60,000 bases of DNA from Schmidtea polychroa. Taxonomy: Eukaryota. The position numbers were made by a program, and so were the translations under genes. This document shows positions 43,990 to 54,044 of the stretch, in pieces (the first letter of the stretch is position 1; each line of letters begins with the position of its first letter). The notes below the pieces were generated by a model. That model was not told the origin of the DNA and made no database searches. It worked only from the letters and a program-made list of their open reading frames with translations. The stretch is taken from positions 43,092,001 to 43,152,000 of the forward strand of contig CM097885.1 of NCBI GenBank assembly GCA_044892525.1, given 5' to 3'.

Positions 43990-46900
43990 AAAAAGCCAAT
44001 GATAAAAATAAGAGTGAACCGACATACAGTTAATGCGGTGATAGACTCAGGAGCAGATGGTACCATAATTGAAGCTAAATTGTTAAACCATCATGAACTG
44101 CAATCGCTAAAACCGGCAGGAGTAAAATTAACAGGAGCAAACGGATCCTCATTAAACGTAATAGGGTCATTATCATACCAGATTAAGCTTTGTGACCAGG
44201 AGCTCCATCACGACATCATAGTGATGAGAAGTCTCCCAGCCGAATGTCTATTGGGTATGGATATCCTAAAACGACTACGAGGAGTAGTATTCGACTGTGC
44301 TTCTGGATTGTTAATCCGAGCGAGAGGTAAAAAGAGAAAAATTTACAATGATGATACAGCTTATATTGATCATACAACTATCATACCACCCAGAGCAGAA
44401 ACTGTATGCTTTGTAGCTACAAGCAATAATTGGGAAGGTGAAGTTGTATTCGAACCAGATGAAAAGTTTTCGGAGAAATAAAACATACCAGTTACTCATA
44501 GCGTAGGCTTAATAGTCATTGGCAGAATACCAATCAGGGTAGCCAATCTGGACATTAAACCACTTTACTTATATCCAGATACCAGAGTGGGCAGAATCTG
44601 GAAACAAAACGAACCACAAGCCACGGGAGAAGGGTCGATACTCACCGTAAAGGCAGAAGAAAGAGATCCAGACATTGAGTACTATGATGCACCTACAGCA
44701 AACAGCAAAGTGCTAACTAGAAAAGAAAATATTCAAGTAAATATGTTATTGAGGAAATATGACCAGGTATTCGCGAAACATGAATACGATCTGGGAAAGA
44801 CAAACTTGTTAGAACATGAGATTGTTCTCACCAATACAAAACCTATAAAGTTGAGACCATACCGTATTCCATTCAGTCTGGAGGAATCAGTAGATAAACA
44901 GGTGAAACTGATGTTAAAACATGGCATAATCAGGCATAGTAAATCACCATATCAATCACCAATGATAGTGGTGGCCAAGAAGGATGGATCAGTACGATTA
45001 TGTAACGACTATCGCATGGTTAACGAAGCAACATGCAAAGATAGCCATCCATTGCCATTGTTAGATTATATCTATGGACGCATGAGAGACGCTAGGTTCT
45101 TCTCAGTAATGGACGCCCAAAAGGGATTTTATCAAATTAAGTTAAAAGATGAGACTATACCAATAACAGCGTTCTCTACGAGTATGGGTCATTACGAATA
45201 TAACGTAATGCCATTTGGACTCACAGGAGCTCCAGCCACATTTCAAAGAGCAATGAATTTGATGCTCATGGATGTACACCATGCGATGGTATACATTGAC
45301 GACGTCATCGTATTCTCGCCAGATTTGGAAAAACACTTGGAACATTTGGAAGATGTGTTCAAGAGGTTGATCAATGCCAACATGAAAGTGAAACCCACCA
45401 AATGTAAATGGGCTGAACCGGAAGTGGTATATGTTCGCCATATCATATCACGAGACGGGGTTAAACCCGATCCAGCTAATGTCGAAAAGGTAAAGAATTT
45501 CCCGGAGCCTAAAACCGTTAAACATATCAAAGGGTTTTTAGGTCTAGTTGGATACTACAGAAAATTCATTAGAAACTTTTCGGTTATAGCTTTTCCACTC
45601 ACGCAGTTAGAAGGCAAAAATGTCAAATTTGTGTGGGGAACAGAACAGCAAGAAGCATTTGATATGCTCAAGGAAAAACTCATCAAGCCACCTATATTGC
45701 GATTTCCAGACTTTGAGAGACAATTTTTGGTTATGACAGATGCCAGCACTCGGGGCATAGGTGCTGTGTTAGGTCAGAGAGATGACCTAGGAGATGAGTA
45801 TGCAATTGCATACGCTAGCAGAGGATTAAAACCGCACGAAAGAAACTACGCAGTAATAGAACTAGAAGCTTTAGCAATTGTGTATGGTATAACCCAGTTT
45901 AGGACTTATCTATGGGGTCGAAAGATCATAGTGTATACCGATCATAGACCATTACAGTGGTTGACGAAACACACAATGGATACATCAAAACTGGTCAGAT
46001 GGGCATTAATTTTACAGCCATATGACATAGAAATTCATTATAGAAAAGGAGATCATAATGGAAATGCAGACGCTTTATCGAGAATGGACCAGGAGGAGGA
46101 AGCAGAAGATGTGAAGGAAGGACGTCTCGAAGGGACTATCTTCACACTGACTCGAGAAGCCAACCGGCTAGCTGATTTAATGGAGGCACAAAAATCTGAC
46201 GAAGAAATCAATGTTATTCGTCAAGCCCTGGAAGCGAAATACGTGCCCACAGAATTCGCGAAATATTGGGAAAAGAATAAAGACAAATTTGTGCTGGAAG
46301 AGGGATTAGTGAAATACTCAGGTGTAAGAGATAACGTTATAATGGTTCCTAAGAAATACCGTGAAGCACTCATGTTGCAGTATCACGATGGAGCCTTAGG
46401 AGGCCACCTGTCATCTAGAAAAACATTGTCAAGGTTAAAACAGAAATACTTTTGGCCCGGTATGAAATCAGATGTTAAAACCTGGTGTCAGACATGTAAG
46501 ATCTGTATCACCAGAAGAAATACCGGAAAGAAACCACACGTACCAATGAAGCCGATGCCAGTACCATCTACACCTATGGAAATGACGGCAATGGACGTTT
46601 TGGGACCATTCAAAGAATCTAATAGCGGAAACAAATACATATTAGTTTTCTGCGACTACTTGACTAAGTGGCCAGAGGCCTACCCGATGCCTAATCACAA
46701 AGCTGATACAATAGCTAGAATTTTCGTTGAACAAATTGTCTTTAGGTATGGAGTACCTACAAAGCTATTAACGGATCGGGGAGCTGATTTCATGAGTAAT
46801 CTGCTCAAAGGAATAAATGATTATTTTGGAGTTCTAAAGTTGAACACTTCCCCATATCACCCACAGACGGATGGGCTAGTAGAGCGATTTAATGGAACAT

Positions 46901-47448
46901 TAGCTAATATGTTAGCATCATATGTAAATTCAGGGCAAACGGATTGGGACATCCACATTCCATCCTGTTTATTTGCATACAGGAATGCAGTACACGAAGG
47001 AACAGGTGAGACACCATTTTACTTAATGTATCTGAGGCAAAGCAAAATGCCAGTAGATCTGTTGTTCTTCCCTAAAGCAACACAGTATTTAGATCAGGAA
47101 GATTATCTAATGGAAATGAGGGAAAGAATGCAGGAAGCATGGGCTAGAGCAGGTCTCAGTATAAAATATAATCAGGAGGCATCCAAAGATTATCATGACC
47201 GAAAAGCCAAGGATCATGGTATATTGGTTGGAGACCAGGTGATGTTGGAAAGTCATTATAACAAGAAAGGCTTATCACCAAAACTCATGCGAAATTTCAA
47301 AGGGCCATATGAGGTATTGAGAACCACGGATACAAATCTCATATTACAATTGGTGGCCAACAGAAAAGCAGAACCAATAATGGTGCATGCTAATCGGTGT
47401 AAAAGTGCGAAATCTCAACAAAGGGAGCCTCTGGAAATCCAAAAGTAA
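43990..47448 (+). CDS. pol: Pol: aspartic protease, RT, RNase H, integrase (in-frame TAA at 44479-44481 between PR and RT)
   Basis: AVIDSGAD; YIDDVIVFS; TDAS/ELEALAI/TDHRPL/ADALSR; HHCC (YHDGALGGH..CQTCKIC); D-D-E (MDVLGP, TDRG, GLVERFN); GPY motif. Confidence 0.97.
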
Positions 47449-48467
47449 AAGCACCAGAGAAACAAGTGAAACCAAACACTACCGAAAAACCACAAGAACA
47501 CCGATACCCATTGAGATCAAAGGGTGTTCCAAAATCGGTAACCTTTTTGTTAATAATAAGCTGTATGATGACTTTGGCAATGGCAAAAAGGGATAGAAAG
47601 GCATACTTTCAGCCTATGGCGATGCAAGTGAAACATTTACACTTTATAAGAACGTATAACGGAATTAGCATTCTCACAACGTGCGATAATGCCACAAAAT
47701 TCAGTTTACATTTCTACAACAAGTACTTGCGGGTCCGCCAACTCGATTCAGAAGAAAAAGAGTGGGATTTATATGATTTAAAAGCCGAGACGGATTATAA
47801 ACTGCATATTGCAGCATCAAAGTTATATCAGAGTGGGTGGTATACCTATCACGTATCTAATTGGATCCTACGGACGGCAGATTTCACAAATCGCATATCG
47901 ATATCCTACGAGAAGGAGAAAGTAAAGTTTAGCCAGCAAATTAACAGGGAGGAGAAGGTGAAAATCAGCATTCTAGACGGATCTACCACGAGAGGAACAT
48001 TATGGTTAGATCAGAACTCCCCCTCCCAAGAAATGTATCTAAATCAGTCCGTAGAATATTCGGTTCTAGTTATATACTATAGTCCGAGGAAACGGGAGGA
48101 CGATAGGTGGTTCGAGGTATTTGAGGAGATATTACCTCTGAGACAACCTGTTATAACGAAAACACCACCAAAAGTCGTCAAGGAGAACATGGTGATACAT
48201 CCCGCAATGTGGCAACATCTTAGACAGTTGCCACCTATCCAACAAATATCTTGCCAAACGCCCCCAAATCTGACAAACTGTTGTGACTGTAATGCCATCA
48301 CGAACTTTAATGTTGGATATATTCTGAAAATACCCATAGGGGTATGGATTACGGTGTCGGCCGTACTATCGCTAGTAACTACACTAATAGCTATGGGTAT
48401 TTGGACCAAGCTATATTTTAGACAAGCCATAAGGGCCTACGATGGAGTACTGATGTCGCAATTATGA
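47403..48467 (+). CDS. Post-integrase type I membrane protein with an FN3-like ectodomain (probably fused to Pol)
   Basis: Frame is open from 47403. HRYPLRS is followed by a signal-like VTFLLIISCMMTLAMA, the FN3-like LYDLKAETDYKLHIAA, a Cys cluster, TM GVWITVSAVLSLVTTLIAMGIW and a short tail. Confidence 0.75.
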   Translation, partial: KCEISTKGASGNPKVKAPEKQVKPNTTEKPQEHRYPLRSKGVPKSVTFLLIISCMMTLAMAKRDRKAYFQPMAMQVKHLHFIRTYNGISILTTCDNATKFSLHFYNKYLRVRQLDSEEKEWDLYDLKAETDYKLHIAASKLYQSGWYTYHVSNWILRTADFTNRISISYEKEKVKFSQQINREEKVKISILDGSTTRGTLWLDQNSPSQEMYLNQSVEYSVLVIYYSPRKREDDRWFEVFEEILPLRQPVITKTPPKVVKENMVIHPAMWQHLRQLPPIQQISCQTPPNLTNCCDCNAITNFNVGYILKIPIGVWITVSAVLSLVTTLIAMGIWTKLYFRQAIRAYDGVLMSQL

Positions 48468-48662
48468 CAATTACAGACTCCCCCGAGGGAAAAATCATAT
48501 ATAAATATTTATATATATCTTAAAATCTATATTTACGTAGAGCTCCAGGTAGCATTAAAATTCAGCATATGTAGATCTTTTATAAGACTCATGCATATCT
48601 TTTTAGCCTATTATGGCATATCAGTATATCTGATATTATGGTTAATGATTTTTATTTCAGGA

Positions 48663-50753
48663 ATGCAGAGCCACCCAATATCCCAATATCAAGGAAGACA
48701 TAGCATTATACGTGCTACAACCTTACTAAAAGAAAAACTTATTTATAAAAACCTGGAGAAGCAGGTTATGGAGCAAAGTAGAAAAGGCCAAAGGCACTGG
48801 TTTTACGGACATTGTTCAGGCATACCCAATAATTTTAAATTTGACGAGGCCCCAAAGCGTCAAATGATCATCTCAAGAATCCCGGGTAAGCATAATGGTA
48901 GTATTAGGCTTACCGATGTCATGCCTGAGTTTGGCAGACATAGTCTGACCAACCACCTGTGGATACACGCCATTAACAAACCATTTACGGTTTATGTTCC
49001 TGGCGCCACAAACCCCATTTTGCTGCAAAAGCACACAACCCTCGAGATAGAAAATGGGGATGGAAGGGAAAAGAACATCTCACTGTTATGTGAAGGTATA
49101 GATACCATCATAGCAATGGAAATTCTGGAACCTCACAGAGAAACACAAACAAGATGGGTTAATGACCCAAACTGGACATATAATGTCAACGATAACGACA
49201 TTAAAACATTTAAGTCTTTCGTTAGACAGCGTTTGGACCCTAGACAAGAGGATAACCTCACCATTTTCGTAGCAGCTCACTACGCTACACTACGACAATT
49301 CCTGAAACCGGCAATCGTGGCCATCTCGATCTCACACTTCAATGGTGATCTAATACTCAACACGAGAGTTACCCCCAGAGCACAGGTCAAACATTACCAA
49401 TCGCATGCGCATGGTATGACCGAGAAACAAATAACAGGACAGTTCGACGGAGAAGACTGTGCCGAAAGAATTAGAAAAATCTGCGATGGGAAGATCATCG
49501 TGGGATTGCTAGTAAAGGACCTATTAGAAGTAATCAGATTCCCAATGCAGCGCGCACTCGGAATTCGTGAGTTAGGCGCAGCTAAATGCCTCGAAAGTAG
49601 GGAACTAAAGAAATGCAACGGGTATTACCGTTTGGCATATCTAGCAAAAGCAGTCACCGGTAAAGAGGCACATCACTTCTCGGACCTACAAACGGAGAAT
49701 GATGTCACAACCATTAAGGAGATTTACGAATATTTACGAGACATCTGGGTTGATGACATTTCAACAGACACCCGGAAAGAGGTGGTGTCTTCACAAATAA
49801 AGCAGATGGAACCCGGAACCTCAAGCAGGCAGAAACCTCTAGCTATGGAGAGCTATGTGAAAGAAGATATCCCCAGGTCAAAGTTGTTGAAAATAGTGGA
49901 AGAAGATTCCTTGTCGCCGCCAGCCATTTCAATTGCTGATGAAGACGACTATGCCACTTGTGAGAGTGCAGACGATAACTGCCTCCAAGTCACCCTTACC
50001 AATGACGGTAGAGTGGTGAATTCGGCTAAAATGGAAATAGACAAACCACAGCCAGCAGAAAAGTTAGTTGAACGGGTCACCAAGATCCTGAAAGCATTGG
50101 CCCCGTTGGGTGAACCCAAACAAGGAGCTGAAGGGGGAACATTACCCCAAGCTGTAGCACCATTACTTAAGCTACAAGATTTGAAGTTTAAAAAGAAAAC
50201 AACGGAGAAACTCCCCCAGAAAGAGGACAAGGAGAAAAATGTCCCTATCTCCGCAAAAAGGAAAAAGGAGATTCCTAAGAGTACGAAAAAGAAAATGCCT
50301 AGGATATTCATCCAGGATGAGGATGACGATCTCCTCGAAACCCACTATCAGCCACCAGATCCTGCGTTGACCAAGATATTGGCAACAAAGAGTGAACCCA
50401 CGATTGCAGGAGAACCGATCGTCGTGAAGGAAGGCGAGTTCGTCGGAAGGGGCAACTCAATCAAAATACGGGAAGATCTCGACAGAGAAGATTCTAGTTG
50501 GTGGCAGAGACCCGACAGCAAATGGAAACCGCGTATCAAGGAATACGACGGAGGCCCAATCCATGAAGTAGCCGTATCCAATTTCCCCGATTACGGAGTA
50601 TTGGAGGCTAATGAGGGCTCATATATCATCTCCTCAATTGTGTACAAAGAGGTAAGTACACGGGAGACTTTGGTGGTCAGTTACAGACCTGACATTGTAG
50701 AACAAAGGATCCGTAACGAAAGTGCCAAGGTCATGAAAAGGAGAAAATACTAG
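48663..50753 (+). CDS. Accessory ORF with a REX4/ISG20-like DEDDh exonuclease fold (probably inactive) and a Lys-rich disordered region
   Basis: Intact ORF of about 696 aa (720 aa from 48591). ISISHFNGDLILNTRVTPRAQVKHYQSHAHGMT...ICDGKIIVG..KDLL...IRE...LAYLAK.VTG...ENDV..IKEIY follows the REX4 motif spacing. Confidence 0.75.
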   Translation: MQSHPISQYQGRHSIIRATTLLKEKLIYKNLEKQVMEQSRKGQRHWFYGHCSGIPNNFKFDEAPKRQMIISRIPGKHNGSIRLTDVMPEFGRHSLTNHLWIHAINKPFTVYVPGATNPILLQKHTTLEIENGDGREKNISLLCEGIDTIIAMEILEPHRETQTRWVNDPNWTYNVNDNDIKTFKSFVRQRLDPRQEDNLTIFVAAHYATLRQFLKPAIVAISISHFNGDLILNTRVTPRAQVKHYQSHAHGMTEKQITGQFDGEDCAERIRKICDGKIIVGLLVKDLLEVIRFPMQRALGIRELGAAKCLESRELKKCNGYYRLAYLAKAVTGKEAHHFSDLQTENDVTTIKEIYEYLRDIWVDDISTDTRKEVVSSQIKQMEPGTSSRQKPLAMESYVKEDIPRSKLLKIVEEDSLSPPAISIADEDDYATCESADDNCLQVTLTNDGRVVNSAKMEIDKPQPAEKLVERVTKILKALAPLGEPKQGAEGGTLPQAVAPLLKLQDLKFKKKTTEKLPQKEDKEKNVPISAKRKKEIPKSTKKKMPRIFIQDEDDDLLETHYQPPDPALTKILATKSEPTIAGEPIVVKEGEFVGRGNSIKIREDLDREDSSWWQRPDSKWKPRIKEYDGGPIHEVAVSNFPDYGVLEANEGSYIISSIVYKEVSTRETLVVSYRPDIVEQRIRNESAKVMKRRKY

Positions 50754-51041
50754 CAATTCGGCTATGTGTTCAATGGACCTAGCAATTTGCTATACGTCCT
50801 CAATCCCAACGCCTTCGACAACTCAATCCAATCCAGATATTCAAATTGATAGACATTATGAACAACATTTGATTAATCTGATTCTTGATTTTGTTTAACA
50901 ATTTTTGATTATTTTGATTTTGACTTTGATTGCTTTATATATATATTTTAATCAGTTGATTCATTTTATTTTTATTTTTTATGTATCTGCTGCAAATTGT
51001 CTTACCTTTACCGCTTTAATTTTCGGGACGAAAATCTTGTT

Positions 51042-51051
51042 AGGGGGAAGA
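51042..51051 (+). promoter_or_regulatory. Polypurine tract
   Basis: AGGGGGAAGA lies 2 nt upstream of the 3' LTR. Confidence 0.9.
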
Positions 51052-51053
51052 CA

Positions 51054-52093
51054 TGTTGGGGTTCAGTAGGAACCGGAAATAAACGTTCGAAATTAGATAA
51101 TAAATAAAATAATAATTAATTACCAAAATTAGGATTAAAATAAAAATAGTATTTTAAAATTACCAAAAATAGAAATTAAATACTAAAATTAAAATTAAAA
51201 CATAATTAGTAATAAATAATTACTAAAAATAGAATTGTAGGAATTATTTAAAATATATAATAAAAATAGTAATTAAACAATTACTATTAATAGAATTACG
51301 TAAAATAAATTTGTATAAATAGCAGATAAAAACTTAGATGGAGGGACGAAGATAGGAGTGAGAAAAAACCGCAGTGACTAAAATTAGGAACCAATTCTAT
51401 TTATAGTAACGATCAAGTTTCGTCAAGTGATAAGAATCGTATCGATTGAAAGAAAATTAGTTTCGTAAATTTTTGGGAATTTATTTCTGTGCACATAGAC
51501 AGTTGGATTACAGAAATCGTGATAATTATTGGAAATATCAAATCGATAGTTAATTTGTGGAATAATTATTAAAACTCTCTTCAGTACTATTTAAGGAATA
51601 TCAGTTAGTTTTATCAATATTTTAATTATTAATATTTGAATAATTGTAAAGGTATTTATAAAGGGTTTATTTGCTTTAAATAAATTTAGGGGATATCCTG
51701 ACGTCAGCACGAATTTTGTGTTGTCTCGTTAGTAATATTTATTAAAAAGAATTAACCAATTTCTGGGTTAATTCTATAGCGTAAATTTTGGTGATTGTCC
51801 CGCTCTCTTTTCCTTTCACCTATATCGGGCTGTTGGCGCATTTAGGGCCAGCCTTGATACTTAGTAACACTCTTCAGGGCGGTTTGAATAACCGTTTTCT
51901 ATACTTAGAGAAAGCAGCGTGGTGTAACTATATTTATACATATTTAAACGTGTAACTAACTTTTAATTGAAAATAAATATTTGAAACATATCTCTTATTT
52001 ATTTATTTGATTACCTACGCGCATAAATTATTTACTTGGAGTCAGATAGAACATTTTTGTGTTAGTTCGAAGACATACCCATCGAACCTAACA
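51054..52093 (+). repeat. 3' LTR
   Basis: Direct repeat of 37556-38595 with the same length. Confidence 0.98.
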
Positions 52094-52170
52094 GTTCCAC
52101 AAATCATGTGGAGTTGTTGATTGGCTTAGAAACAATTTGCTACAACATGATTTTTTTTACCGCCTTATAC
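52094..52170 (+). pseudogene. Tc1/IS630-like transposase relic, 3' continuation
   Basis: FHKSCGVVDWL...FLPPY continues LILDNVK across the LTR insertion. Confidence 0.78.
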
Positions 52171-54044
52171 TTAAAAATAGGTACCATGACATTCGACCTC
52201 TAGCTCAAAACAAAGATGTTTTTGAATATGTGGAACAAGTTATTGATTCAATGGCTAATTACGATAATCTGTTCTTTGGTAACTTTGCATGTAAACATAC
52301 ACTCAATAGAGCACTTGGTAGGAGGCACAATGGAATACCTTAGTAGACACATCAGAGACAAGATGCAAAAGAATAAGAACCACTATAATAAACAGGCATA
52401 AGCCAATAGATAAAATTATACCAACGACCATCATAACAACAACTACCATATATTCAATATCCACCCAACAGTTATCGCAGACGGTAACAAATATAAATAA
52501 GGAAACGACATAAAACTGTTAGACTGATGTATAAAAATTGATAAGGGCAACACCAAGACAGTCCGAGGAAAATCTGATAAAACTACCTACGGGGAAACCA
52601 ATAGTTATAAATAACTGAAATGAATTACAAGCCTTCCAAAATAAAAACAATTAAGCCACGTTGGCCTTTTTACGTAATAGCTACGAGTGTGTTATCATTT
52701 GCAATTTTATCAATAGTCACTAGTGTACAAGTCTATAAGAAGTACAAGTGGAATAAGCAGAAGGTCAAAATAGAAGAACGGGAATTTCATCTGATTAAAT
52801 TCAACGAAGCTCAGAGACTTAATCGGCACATTTGAACAATTCGCAAACGCGGAAGACGCAATAAAAGAAGGAAAGAAAGGGCCTCATAGTATATTGTTCC
52901 AGATAACGAAAACAGAAGTATCAATTTGTCAAGAAAGAGTCTCGCTCATGACTACCAGTAACTGTATTATGGTAATAAAAACAATAAAAATTGATCGAAG
53001 TGTTCTGATCAACAGGAAAATATCCTTTGCCCATCAGGATTTATCAAGGGCAGATAAACATCAGCGTCTCATGTTTGTAGAGGCAAGGTTGATAATGGAT
53101 ATCAGCAATAATCTAAGAACTCAAAGGGAACTGTGGTATATGACAAAAAAATCACACCCCGGACAAAGGTTTTACACTACTATCCTGAAAAAACGGAGGC
53201 AAATAAAGAAAATATTGTTGGCAACTAGGACGAATATCAGGTACTTGTAGATATACAAAAATTGCTATGCGAAAAGATAGTGGTAGAGTACGAGATCATG
53301 GACAAACTAAAAATACAAACTAAAATACTAAAGAAACCAGAACCATTTTTGGCAAGGCACAACACAGCAATCCTAAAAGTCATTTGCGACAATTTTGAAA
53401 CACAGTGGGAAGAAGTGGTAAAATGGAATGCGACATTAGAGAACCCACAACCAACAGCAACAGAAGATAATCAATATATGGAAGATGAAGATATGTACAT
53501 TGAACCCTTACAATTCGAATAAAAATTCCGCAGAGATGGAACTCGAAGGACATTTGAAAACGAGCTAAAGGATAGTGACGATGATTTGATATTCGTATCG
53601 GAAGAAAGAAAGTTAATGTATGGCAATCCAATGCAATCCAGAAACAATCATGTATATATCTAACAATTAACTATTATCCCTTCTGTTATCATTCTTATCA
53701 ACATTCATAATTTCATGTTTTGTGACTATTCCATATTCTATGTTTTATCTCTATCTTAGGTGATTAGACTTTATCATATTGTTGGCGCTAAGGGGTGTCA
53801 TTTTATTGTTAAAATGTTTTAGGGTATTATAAATGTGGAATTGACTCCTTCCTAAAAACCCTTCATGACTATTGTACTTTAGACCATCTGTGTACCCAAT
53901 GCGACGACCATGTTGGTGTTGTACACAATGGTTGAAAATCAATGAGCAGCTCAGCTATATTGCTAAAACTACTCCTCATTGTATTTTCTCCTCGGGTTCT
54001 GGACTGCCGATAGAAGGTCTTACGTCATTATTCAGTATCTATGT

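Larger units (their letters stand above)
37556..52093 (+). mobile_element. Complete 14.5-kb Ty3/gypsy LTR retroelement carrying env-like and accessory genes
   Basis: Two 1040-bp LTRs (TG...CA), TSD GTTC (37552-37555, 52094-52097), PBS, PPT, gag, and PR-RT-RNase H-IN order. Confidence 0.98.

Noticed and set aside
48591..48662. Signal peptide on the 720-aa accessory ORF
   Set aside because: The hydrophobic codons come from the T-rich tract before a strong splice acceptor; ATG 48663 is the more plausible start.
39117..50581. Multiple short antisense ORFs inside the large LTR element
   Set aside because: They are shadows of long sense ORFs with no recognisable motifs.
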